This document shows positions 51,401 to 59,632 of a DNA stretch of 64,000 nucleotides, piece after piece (the first letter of the stretch is position 1; each line of letters begins with the position of its first letter). The stretch is from Methanotrichaceae archaeon. GTDB lineage: Archaea; Halobacteriota; Methanosarcinia; Methanotrichales; Methanotrichaceae. The notes beneath the pieces were generated by a model that was not told the DNA's origin, did no database searches, and worked only from the letters and a program-made list of their open reading frames with translations. Location of the stretch: NCBI GenBank assembly GCA_963803145.1, contig CAWDLW010000015.1, positions 160,001-224,000 of the forward strand, given 5' to 3'. Both the position numbers and the translations under genes were made by a program.

Positions 51401-53879
51401 CTTCAGGCTGCTCAAGCTGTATATTCCAACCTCCAAGACCTGGCTCGCCTGCATCCCTTAGTCCATTGCCATTTTTATCATAGAATTTAGTCCCATTGAT
51501 GGCCCTTATTCCCTGGTTGCCGAAATCGATCTTCCCTACATTTCTATCAGAGAGAACTGCTTTATGAACCCCTCCGGCGGGATACGTAGCTGTCCAACCG
51601 GTCATATTTCCCTCGCTAACCTCATAGGTTCCAGGCTCAAGGTTCTCGAACTTATACTCGCCCTTCGAATCAGTGAAAGTCTTCTCCTGAGTGCCCCCAG
51701 GTCTTGTTAGAATAATGGGCCACTGCTCCATTCCGGGCTCATCTTTATCTCTGACTTTGCTGCCATTTCTATCGTTGAATTTTGTTCCGTTAATGGAAAG
51801 AGCACCACGGTTGCCGAAATCTAGATCATCTTTGTCATCTGCCTGGAGGGTTATCTTGTAGGATCCCGATTTGGGGGCGGTCTGGACCCAACCCACTTTT
51901 AGCTCCTCGGTAAGAGTATACTCTCCGGGCTCAAGTTCATCGAACTCATACCATCCACCAGGATCGGTATTTGTTCCATACTCTCCCACTGGCCCTTTGA
52001 TCTTTATCTTCCAGTCGCTCATCCCAGGTTCATTTGAAAGCTCTTCGGGAAGAAGGCCGCCCAGCGAGCGACGGTCCCAAGAGCCATCGCCATTTGTATC
52101 GTTGAACTTTACACCTGAAAGGCTGAGATCGCCTGAAAAGCCGAAGTCCGCTTTGCCTGATTGGTTCTTTAACGAAAGGGTTACCGGGTTGGAGGTTCTT
52201 TCTTTCCATCCCTTCTGTTTGATAACAGTCGCCTTATATGTTCCAGGGTCGAGGTTATTGAACTCGTACTTGCCATTGGGGCCCGTTGTGGTTGTAGTGA
52301 CATTGCCATCAGACTTAGTGAGATTTACACTCCATCCGGAGAGGCCCAGGCCATTCATTATCGTTCCATTATGATACCTATCGTTATACACTGTGCCGTT
52401 GACCTTGAGGTTCTTCGAGTTGCTGGCCTGGCTCCCGAACAGGATATCCTGAACGTCCGATTCCTTCAAGGTAATATCAGCGAAACCTGCAACCGGCAAG
52501 GTCATTGTCCAGCCATCTGGCTTGTCTATTGTCACTCTATAGGTGCCGGGCTCCAGATGTTCGAACTTAAAGGACCCGTCTCCCTTGGTTTTATCTGAGT
52601 TCTCAGAGCCATCTGGCCTTCCCAGCTTTATGGTCCAGCCTTCCAGGTAGTTCTCATCATCCTCTTTTGTGCCGTTGCCATTGGCATCGTTGAAAAGAGC
52701 GCCTGATATGGTGAGGCTCCCACGATTTCCGAAATTCAAGTTTGCGATGTCTTCCGTCCTTATTTGGACCTGGTGTGAGCCAGAAGCTGGCGAGATCTGC
52801 TCCCAGCCCTTTACGGATTCTTCGCTGATCTCATAGTGATCAGGAGGGAGGTTTTCGAAGAGGTAGAACCCATCAGATTTTGTGGTAGCAGTCTCAGTGC
52901 TGCCGTCTGGTTTGGTCAGCTTGATGGTCCAGCTCCCTACGCCCGTCTCATCTCCATCCCACTGTCCATTGCCGTTTTTATCATTGAACTTGAACCCAGA
53001 TATCGTATGAGGCTGGTTGGCCCCGGGCATGTTTCCAAAATCCAGGCCTGATATATCCTTATCCTTTATCGAAATATCATAGCCCTCAGTCGCTGGCATC
53101 GTCTGCTTCCAGCCATCCTTCCCTATCTCTTTGACTTTGTAATCTCCTGGATTGAGGCCGCTGAACTTATAAGTTCCATCCGGGTTGGTGTAAGCCGTAT
53201 CATAGCCATCGGGCTTGAATAGTCGAATGCCCCAGTTGGCCAGCCCATCCTCACCGTTCTCTTTTGTTCCATTGCCATTTGAGTCGTTGAACATCAGGCC
53301 AGAGATCGAATATGTCTTATTGGCGGCTGCAGAGCTCTGTTCTGAACCCGTCTTTGATCCTGGTTTTGCGTTTATGTTGACGCAGCTGAAGGAGTTCCAG
53401 GAATTCCAGGCGGACATACTGCCGTTGCCTATCTTAGACGAGCATGCTGCACAAACCTCGCGAGGGGTGTTATATGGGCCGGAGTAATAATCGATCGAAT
53501 ATCCAAATGTTCCGCCGCTGCCATCTGGCAGCAATATCCCTCCTTTATCATCCGGATGATTGGGGAAAAGGAAAAGCCAGTCATCCTTCACGGGGCCATC
53601 AATTGTTCCATGTCCAGTGGCATGCAGCAGGTACTGTGGACTGCCAAAAGGCTTATCCATGATCGAATTTTGATCTGAGGAATTAGCTGTCGACTGGGAA
53701 ATCGATGGCTGAATCAGAATAAAGGCTAGAAGAAGAATAACTGAAATAGAAGAAACAAACCTAAAAGATGAAGATTTACTCGTTACGACTGCTGACTTCA
53801 TATTTTCTCCAACATTGTTTATCCAGCCAAATTGGATGCTATATTTACTAGTGATAGCATTCAAGCCATAATCATCCAT
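48471..53879 (-). CDS. Giant secreted protein with about 16 SdrD-B/Cna-B-like repeats
   Basis: 16 units beginning ISG.KF(N/Y/D)D.NG.G..D..E.GL.GW.I.L and ending DFGN; signal-like segment near the N-terminus; start 53879 or 53801. Confidence 0.92.
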   Translation of the reverse strand: MDDYGLNAITSKYSIQFGWINNVGENMKSAVVTSKSSSFRFVSSISVILLLAFILIQPSISQSTANSSDQNSIMDKPFGSPQYLLHATGHGTIDGPVKDDWLFLFPNHPDDKGGILLPDGSGGTFGYSIDYYSGPYNTPREVCAACSSKIGNGSMSAWNSWNSFSCVNINAKPGSKTGSEQSSAAANKTYSISGLMFNDSNGNGTKENGEDGLANWGIRLFKPDGYDTAYTNPDGTYKFSGLNPGDYKVKEIGKDGWKQTMPATEGYDISIKDKDISGLDFGNMPGANQPHTISGFKFNDKNGNGQWDGDETGVGSWTIKLTKPDGSTETATTKSDGFYLFENLPPDHYEISEESVKGWEQISPASGSHQVQIRTEDIANLNFGNRGSLTISGALFNDANGNGTKEDDENYLEGWTIKLGRPDGSENSDKTKGDGSFKFEHLEPGTYRVTIDKPDGWTMTLPVAGFADITLKESDVQDILFGSQASNSKNLKVNGTVYNDRYHNGTIMNGLGLSGWSVNLTKSDGNVTTTTTGPNGKYEFNNLDPGTYKATVIKQKGWKERTSNPVTLSLKNQSGKADFGFSGDLSLSGVKFNDTNGDGSWDRRSLGGLLPEELSNEPGMSDWKIKIKGPVGEYGTNTDPGGWYEFDELEPGEYTLTEELKVGWVQTAPKSGSYKITLQADDKDDLDFGNRGALSINGTKFNDRNGSKVRDKDEPGMEQWPIILTRPGGTQEKTFTDSKGEYKFENLEPGTYEVSEGNMTGWTATYPAGGVHKAVLSDRNVGKIDFGNQGIRAINGTKFYDKNGNGLRDAGEPGLGGWNIQLEQPEGNVVAKTTTSPGGLSGSPNGTYSFTKLAPGKYVVREEAKPGWKPVKPDNGIQYVDLDPNTNSEGIDFANMGALSISGMKFNDSNGDGIKGYYEEGLGNWTIILEQPEGSEIARTVTGSDGSYSFKDLQPGVYWVREAQKYPWTQTAPSKGSGAQRVELKDYDATGIDFGNRIEISGGEGDKSISGMKFYDLNADGVKDEREPGLEGFTIRLTKPDGTTVDATTGLDGSYGFSKLKPGTYTVSEVLQPGWIPTVPAGGVRVVVITDADSVVGGVDFGNIGTMTISGAKFDDANGNKVFDPGELGLPGWVVYLEYPPGNLLSTAITGPGGAYSFANLGPGAYYVKEILQQGWAQTAPAGGYHRIELKAADTGITGIDFGNRGIRKISGIKFDDRNGNGVLDPGERGLSGWTINLQAPAGGIIATTITGSDGTYKFENLEPWTFNLTEVLIPGWTQTAPVGGIRTVNLSLADARNVDFGNRGALTISGTKFNDRNGNRVRDPGEPGLSGWVINLEQPSGQVIARNITSASGAYSFSFLPPGRYTVREVQKPGWRVTAPRSRVWSVTLTMSDASGLDFGNRGILSISGFKFNDTNGNGIKEKDEKGMPGWTIHLLQAGTVLATNTTNKTGVYFFGNLQPGTYNLSEEQQIGWSQTAPIEKAYGAALSLANSSIDFGNRGALSISGTEFNDANGNGRIEAGEVGLSGWIINLERPLGKIIAEATTNKDGAYNFTNLTPGRYFISQIPKPGWARTAPISSPLSINLTRYNASSINFGNRGIRAISGIKFNDTNGNGIKESTEKGLGGWEIRLQMQNGTFNATNLTKSDGSYSIIHLSPGIYNLTEEQRHGWTRTLPRAEFRLINLTGGNASGMDFGNRWALSISGAMFNDTNGDGVWSSEERGLAGWTIQLETAAAKVLATNTTGKEGKYIFPYLTPGEYNIREVLKPGWNQTAPKGGMLSVNLSADSITDLNFGVEKQSMK

Positions 53880-54087
53880 ATTCCCTCACCACCATCGCTT
53901 TAGTGCTTAGCGCCAGGCCTTTTAATATTCAAGATATCACCTTTCGATAGATAAACTTAAGGGGTTTAATGGAAAGTCAGCCTGCCAAGGCGTTGGAGCG
54001 CGGCAGAAGGCAGTTAGGGCAGCTCTGGAACGCTATTTCTCAAGTAAACGATCCTCTCTGCACATATTATATTTATTCGAGAATTAA

Positions 54088-55062
54088 TCAGGCCCAAGTC
54101 ACCTCTACATCATCCGTCCTATACCCCGGCCTTACATGAGACAGCTCGATCGGCGTTGTCACTCCGCTCTTCAGCATTATCAGCCCCGTAAAAGCGATCA
54201 TCGAGCCGTTATCGCCCATGAATTTCCTATCCGGCAGATAGAACTCGGCTCCACGCTCCTCGCACATTATGTTCAGCATCTGGCCTAACCTCTTGTTCGC
54301 CCCAACGCCGCCCACAAGCATTGCCTCCTTCTTCTCTGCATGGGCCATCGCCCTCTCTGTCACCTCGACAAGCATTGCAAAGGCGGTCTCCTGAAGACTG
54401 TAGCAGACATCCGCCAAGTCATTTTTTTTCGCAGCCTCTGTGGCAGCTGTAGACATACCTGAGAAAGATAGATCCATGCCCTTCACAGTGTAAGGAAAGG
54501 GTATGTAGCGTTTGGCGCCCAAAGCCTGCTCCTCGACCTTTGGTCCGCCCGGGTGAGAAAGCCCTACTGAGCGAGCGAACTTATCTATCGCATTTCCTAT
54601 GCTGATATCCAGTGTTTCGCCGAAGATCCTATATCTGCCCTGGCGCAGAGCAAGCACCTGTGAGTTCGCGCCACTGACATAAATCACCACAGGGTCCTCT
54701 GCCCCGCTCTGCCATTTGCCAACCTCGATATGCGCTATGCAATGGTTCACTCCTACTAAGGGCAGCCTGAACCTGAGAGATAGAACACGCGCCGCCGTTG
54801 CCACAGTCCTGAGGCACGGCCCAAGCCCAGGACCCTGGGAGAATGCTATAGCATCTATCTTTAGATCATCCTCTCTGGCCTTCGCCAGAACAGCACCAAC
54901 AACCTCAGCCATATGCTCTGCATGATGCTGGGATGCCTCCCTAGGATGGATGCCTCCTTTGGCCGGCACATACGTTGCGCTCTTTTCGAAGATCACTTCT
55001 TTTTCGTTTACCATGGCAGCGCTGAGATTCCAGGCTGTGCCTTCAAGACCGAATACTATCAT
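54088..55062 (-). CDS. kae1: tRNA N6-threonylcarbamoyltransferase Kae1 (KEOPS)
   Basis: GLEGTAW, GGIHPREA, SQGPGLGPCL, VNHCIAH, GETLDISIGNAIDKFAR, GGVGAN, DNG.MIA. Confidence 0.96.
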   Translation of the reverse strand: MIVFGLEGTAWNLSAAMVNEKEVIFEKSATYVPAKGGIHPREASQHHAEHMAEVVGAVLAKAREDDLKIDAIAFSQGPGLGPCLRTVATAARVLSLRFRLPLVGVNHCIAHIEVGKWQSGAEDPVVIYVSGANSQVLALRQGRYRIFGETLDISIGNAIDKFARSVGLSHPGGPKVEEQALGAKRYIPFPYTVKGMDLSFSGMSTAATEAAKKNDLADVCYSLQETAFAMLVEVTERAMAHAEKKEAMLVGGVGANKRLGQMLNIMCEERGAEFYLPDRKFMGDNGSMIAFTGLIMLKSGVTTPIELSHVRPGYRTDDVEVTWA

Positions 55063-55077
55063 TACTATAGCTACTCC

Positions 55078-56496
55078 TCAGATATATCCAAGGCCGATGT
55101 CTTTTCTGTAACGCATTCCATTGAATCTGATCCTTTTGAGGTTATCATAAGCCTTCGTTCTGGCATCTGCGAGCGTTTCACTGCATGCAACCAATGTCAG
55201 CACACGCCCTCCAGTCGTGTAGAGCTTGCGTTTTCCCTGCGCATCAGTTCCTAAGGCAGTCCCATTATGATAGACCAGAATACCAGGATCGACATTATCA
55301 AGGTCTGAGATAGGCATATTTGTATAATGCTCTCCCGGGTATCCTGGGCGCTCCTCAGAACCGCTGGACAACGACTTGATAGCCCTTCCCGAAACTGCGC
55401 ATACTCCAAGGCAATAATCTTTGGACCACTCCAAGTTCATCTGATCCAACCTCCTATCAAGCATCGCCTCGGACAACTGGTAGAAATCGGTTTTCAGCCT
55501 CGGAAGGATGACCTCAGCCTCAGGGTCTCCAAGTCTAACATTAATCTCAAGCACATACGGGTCCTTATCTTCAGATACCATCAGTCCGAAGTATATCACG
55601 CCCACGTATTCAGTGCCCGTTGCCTCTTTAAACCCCTTTACCGTCGGTATCGCTATCCTGTTCATTATCTTCTCAGTCAGCTCATTATCCAGCCAGGGGT
55701 GTGGCGAGAATCCGCCCATTCCGCCAGTGTTCGGGTTGTTATCCAGATTTGGGTTGCCCGATAGCTTATTAAAAAGACGTATTGCTACTTTTTCGTCCAT
55801 TGAAAAAGCCTGTTTGTAATCCAAAGCAGATTCCAGCGGAAGAACTGTTTGACCGTCGCTGCAGCCAAAGAACATCAGCTCGCGCCCATGCAGCTTCTGC
55901 TCAATTTCTATTCTATTCCCAGCATTTCCGAAAAGCTTGGGGCTTACCATTATCCGGTCTATCGTAGAAAGGGTTTCATTTAGGGAGTCGCAAACAACCG
56001 AGCCTTTTCCTGCTGCGAGGCCGTCAGCCTTCACAACAAGGCCGCTTTCAGGATTTTCGGCATAGGATTGTCGTGCATATTCCTTTGCCTCCTCCGGATC
56101 GGAGAAATTCTGGCATGGTGGTACTGGAACATTCAAGCGTTTGAGAAGATCCTTTGTGTAGCACTTGCTGCCCTCTAGGATGGCAGCTTCACGTCTCGGG
56201 CCGACTATTCTCTGCCCGTCCTCCTGAAAAATATTAACTATTCCATCTGATAGATAGCCCTCAGGCCCTACAAATGTCAGATCTATTCCCTCGCTTTTTG
56301 CGAAGTTCAACAGCTCGGGGATGGACTTAAGCTGCCTGCCATCCTTTACGGCAAGGCAACATTTTTCAATCATCTCACTGCCAGCATTGCCTGGAGCAAC
56401 ATACACCCTTTCTACGATTGCGCTCCTGGCGAAGGCATGAGCTACAGCGTTCCCCCTGCCACCAGCATCAACCACCAGAACCTTTGCACCGCACAT
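55078..56496 (-). CDS. purD: Phosphoribosylamine--glycine ligase
   Basis: KVLVVDAGGRGNA, APGNAG, VGPE, LEGSK, VKADGLAAGKG, NTGGMG, EINVRLGDPE, GGRVL, YRKDIG; start placed at ATG 56496. Confidence 0.95.
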   Translation of the reverse strand: MCGAKVLVVDAGGRGNAVAHAFARSAIVERVYVAPGNAGSEMIEKCCLAVKDGRQLKSIPELLNFAKSEGIDLTFVGPEGYLSDGIVNIFQEDGQRIVGPRREAAILEGSKCYTKDLLKRLNVPVPPCQNFSDPEEAKEYARQSYAENPESGLVVKADGLAAGKGSVVCDSLNETLSTIDRIMVSPKLFGNAGNRIEIEQKLHGRELMFFGCSDGQTVLPLESALDYKQAFSMDEKVAIRLFNKLSGNPNLDNNPNTGGMGGFSPHPWLDNELTEKIMNRIAIPTVKGFKEATGTEYVGVIYFGLMVSEDKDPYVLEINVRLGDPEAEVILPRLKTDFYQLSEAMLDRRLDQMNLEWSKDYCLGVCAVSGRAIKSLSSGSEERPGYPGEHYTNMPISDLDNVDPGILVYHNGTALGTDAQGKRKLYTTGGRVLTLVACSETLADARTKAYDNLKRIRFNGMRYRKDIGLGYI

Positions 56497-56659
56497 ATAC
56501 GAGATCGAATGGATAACCTCTAGATAAGCATATTTGCTGAATATATTTGCGAAACAACACTCTGGAATCGGAGATTGCGATCTGATCGGGGATTCTAAAG
56601 GTGAGAGTACCACGTTACCTAAGGGGCTGATTAGGCATATACTCCCATAACTCCCAGAA

Positions 56660-57050
56660 GAATCTGCTCAGCACGATCCAAGGGATAAACATCTATCTCA
56701 TTGGATTACAGTTCACGGACATTCAGGCATAGTAAAGAAACTTGCAATATCCCTCAATCCTGCTTGTGAAGGCATTGAAGAGCGGCATATCCTTAGACGG
56801 ATCACCAATCGATGGCTGCCTGGAATTCAGAAACCACGCGCGATCCTGCGCCCTGATGTATCTACATTCATCCTCCTTCCATGGAAATCTAAGTACGGCG
56901 CGAACAAAGCCAGGTTCACCTGTGAGGTCCGCCGCTTTAATGGCAAGCCCCTCATACCGATCCCAGGAATACTCAAACGCCAGCTAGATCAGGCCAAAGA
57001 GATGGGCTATGCAATGAACGTCAGCCCCGAGATTGAATTCTTCTATAATG
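56660..57050 (+). pseudogene. glnA: Degraded 5' part of glutamine synthetase type I
   Basis: Across shifting frames: LQFTDIQ, GISLDGSPIDG, LRPDVSTFILLPW, ARFTCEV, DPRN/ILKRQLDQAKEMGYAMNVSPEIEFF; truncated there. Confidence 0.85.
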
Positions 57051-57070
57051 GGCATCCGCATTGGCCGCCC

Positions 57071-57083
57071 GAAATGTATATAT
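57071..57083 (+). promoter_or_regulatory. Probable BRE/TATA box for the tRNA-Lys/tRNA-Trp unit
   Basis: gaaatgtatatat about 25-35 nt upstream of tRNA-Lys. Confidence 0.5.
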
Positions 57084-57107
57084 CCAGCATCGACGTTGGA
57101 GCGTTCC

Positions 57108-57181
57108 GGGCCGGTAGCTTAGTCAGGTAGAGCGAAAGGCTCTTAACCTTTAGGTCGGGGGTTCAAATCCCTCTCGGCCCG
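57108..57181 (+). tRNA. tRNA-Lys (CTT)
   Basis: Acceptor GGGCCGG/TCGGCCC, anticodon arm aaagg-ctCTTaa-ccttt, T-loop GTTCAAATC. Confidence 0.95.
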
Positions 57182-57190
57182 CTTTAATTT

Positions 57191-57395
57191 GGGGCTGTGG
57201 CCTAGCCAGGTAGGGCGACGGGCTCCAGCGGTATATTTGATGATGAGCAACGGGTCTACTGAGGCCTCTCGACGGGGAGGCTGTTGATGATCCGTTGGAG
57301 CACTGAAATGGGTTGTTACCAGCCATCGTTTTCCGGCTGAACACTTCAGTATCGGAGAGACCCGTCGATCGTGCGTTCGAATCGCACCAGCCCCA
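57191..57395 (+). tRNA. tRNA-Trp (CCA) with about 131 nt intron at 37/38
   Basis: Acceptor GGGGCTG/CAGCCCC, anticodon stem gacggg/cccgtc with ctCCAg, T-loop GTTCGAATC. Confidence 0.95.
57229..57359 (+). ncRNA. Intron-encoded box C/D guide RNA of pre-tRNA-Trp
   Basis: C box ATGATGA (57240), D' CTGA (57259) after a guide complementary to agacccgtcg, C' TTGATGA (57284), D CTGA (57303) after a guide complementary to gctccagcgg; matches the euryarchaeal Cm34/Um39 guide arrangement. Confidence 0.9.
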
Positions 57396-57432
57396 CGTCT
57401 TCTACATCCGCAGAGATTAAATATACTCGAAC

Positions 57433-57765
57433 ATGCTCTTCACTCCTATGGACGCGGAGATGTATCGTAATATCCTAACCATGTGCTGGTCTATCAAAGA
57501 GGTTAACAAGAACCTCAGCGATAGAAGGTCCACAGTTGATTACTCGATAAAGTATCTGAAGAGCGCATGCTCAAACCTGGCAGGCATGCTAAGGCAAGTT
57601 GATAAGTCCGCCCCGAACGAGGCTATTGATGTTGTAGGCAGCAATGGCCAGAAAATGACCTTCACGCTAAAGGAGGTCGCGGATATGCTTTATGATGCTA
57701 AAAAGATCATAGAGCTGAATTTGATAAATAATATCGACTACTGGGCGAAAGCACATGTAGATTAG
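57433..57765 (+). CDS. Hypothetical protein
   Basis: 110 aa ORF with TATA-like attaaatata upstream. Confidence 0.65.
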   Translation: MLFTPMDAEMYRNILTMCWSIKEVNKNLSDRRSTVDYSIKYLKSACSNLAGMLRQVDKSAPNEAIDVVGSNGQKMTFTLKEVADMLYDAKKIIELNLINNIDYWAKAHVD

Positions 57766-58036
57766 ATGAAGCAAAAAAATCGGCCTGTAACTAGTTATAA
57801 ACTACTTGTAAGCTCCTGCTGAATTATCCCGCGCATCAGCAGCACTATAATTACTATTTTTCATGTAACGCCTCAGAACTCATAGGGCTCATCATAGTTT
57901 CAGAGAGATTTCATCATCATCGGCGTTATGATAAGTTGATAAAGGAATTCTAATGGATCTTCTTAGGATCTTTGAGAGACAGTTAGTAATCGAATGAATA
58001 GCCCCATACAAACAACGTCGAGGCTATTTAGGAGAC

Positions 58037-58435
58037 CTAAGGGCTGAATAATTTTTGAACAACAAGCAGAAGTGCGTCTTTGGAGATAGGCTTGACGAGA
58101 TATGTGCTTGCTCCTAGATCATAGCTTCTTTGGATATCATCATCTATGTTGGAGCCTGTAAGCATAATGATGGGTATGTGACTGAAGCGCATATCCTTCT
58201 TGATCTTTGTCAGAAGCTCTATGCCGCTTATATCTGGTAGATTGATATCTAAAAGTATGATATTTGGCATCTTTCCTTCTGTAGCCAGGCGCGTCAAAGC
58301 ACTCATAGCCTCTTTGCCGTCGACTGCAATAACTAGACCTTTATCAAGCCTATTATATCTGAGAACCCGTCTCGTGAAGGCCACATCTTCAGGATTATCC
58401 TCCACCAACAGGATCCTTAAATCTTGAGGTTCCAT
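58037..58435 (-). CDS. Single-domain response regulator (CheY/Rcp-like)
   Basis: ILLVEDN, ILLDINLP, IMLTGS, YLVKP. Confidence 0.93.
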   Translation of the reverse strand: MEPQDLRILLVEDNPEDVAFTRRVLRYNRLDKGLVIAVDGKEAMSALTRLATEGKMPNIILLDINLPDISGIELLTKIKKDMRFSHIPIIMLTGSNIDDDIQRSYDLGASTYLVKPISKDALLLVVQKLFSP

Positions 58436-58578
58436 TCATCCACCCAAACTCTAAATCCAGCCCTTATAGCCAAGGATAACCTACCCGCAAAAATAGTTTT
58501 CCCATTAATTATAGTCATCGACAATCTATCAGTTTTCTCCATATTATATAATCCCCCCACCATAATTCGGAATTAGGG

Positions 58579-59490
58579 CTACAGAAGCTTATTTGGCACT
58601 CTGCCGCTGGATAGAAGGACGACCCTGCTAAGAGGGACTTCCCCGGCCAGCTCGTAGCCCATAGCGCTACCCAGCCTTTCAGCAAAGTTGAGTATCTCAG
58701 AATGCTCGGGCATCGCGTCTCTGCTTAATCTGAGCCTAGATTTGCCGAGATGCATATAAGCCTTGACCTCGACGAAGTCCGGATTACTTGACTCAAGGAG
58801 TTTGGCATATCTCTCTGGATCATGCATATTCATGCCCCTTGCCATGGTCATTCTTATAACCGTCCTGCATCTGTGATCCCCAATTATCGAGAGACTTTGA
58901 ATTATCTTGCCCCAAAGATCACCAGTCGGATTGGATACCTTTCTATAAAGCTCCTCATCAGGCGCGTTTAAACTGAGATAGAGCTGTGTAGGCTCTAGAC
59001 CCTCAAGGACTTCAGGCTTTGTGCCATTTGTGACAAGGAAGGATGTCATATCCTTTTTCTTGATCTCATTTATCAGTTCTTGGAGATAGGGATATAACGT
59101 CGGCTCACCCATAAGCGATATTGCGACGTGCGCAGGTCTCCCGGCCTCATTAAGCCTAGCCAGGTCAGTCGTTTTTGAGCCTTTGTATCCCGAAAGAATC
59201 CTGTTCTGTCCCTTGAGGATTCCATCCAAGAGCTCCTTCGGCCCTGTCGGCGCCAATATTGGCAGAGGGCCATCTATCGGCCTCCAGCAATGAAGGCAAA
59301 GGTGATTACACTTCAGTGTGGGAGTCATCTGGACGCAGCGGTGGCTTGATATTCCATAGAAGTGATGCTTGTAGCATTGGTCGCCGCCTCGAAGGCTGCG
59401 ATTCAGCCAGAGGCAGGACTTGACCGCGCCTTCGCCGACCAGATGGTATCCCTGTTTTGATAATGCCTGTTCAGCAGTAAGCTGACCCAT
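58579..59490 (-). CDS. taw1: 4-demethylwyosine synthase (radical SAM TYW1)
   Basis: CYKHHFYGISSHRCVQMTP, CNHLCLHCWR, AISLMGEPTLYP, EVKAYMHLG.SR.RL. Confidence 0.95.
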   Translation of the reverse strand: MGQLTAEQALSKQGYHLVGEGAVKSCLWLNRSLRGGDQCYKHHFYGISSHRCVQMTPTLKCNHLCLHCWRPIDGPLPILAPTGPKELLDGILKGQNRILSGYKGSKTTDLARLNEAGRPAHVAISLMGEPTLYPYLQELINEIKKKDMTSFLVTNGTKPEVLEGLEPTQLYLSLNAPDEELYRKVSNPTGDLWGKIIQSLSIIGDHRCRTVIRMTMARGMNMHDPERYAKLLESSNPDFVEVKAYMHLGKSRLRLSRDAMPEHSEILNFAERLGSAMGYELAGEVPLSRVVLLSSGRVPNKLL

Positions 59491-59632
59491 GATAGTGAAA
59501 TAGTATTCTCGGGTAAATAGTTATTTCAAATCTCAGAATAGCTGTTTATTGTCCTGCCTCCCATAACCCTTGCCAGGATCATGGATCAAGCAATACAAAA
59601 TGATAAATCCTTGGGCAGCCCCCAGTGAAAGG

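Noticed and set aside
57150-57344. 64 aa ORF on the minus strand (and 60954-61238)
   Set aside because: These are antisense shadows of tRNA genes (AGREGFEPPT and AGAGGFEPP are typical tRNA-antisense translations)
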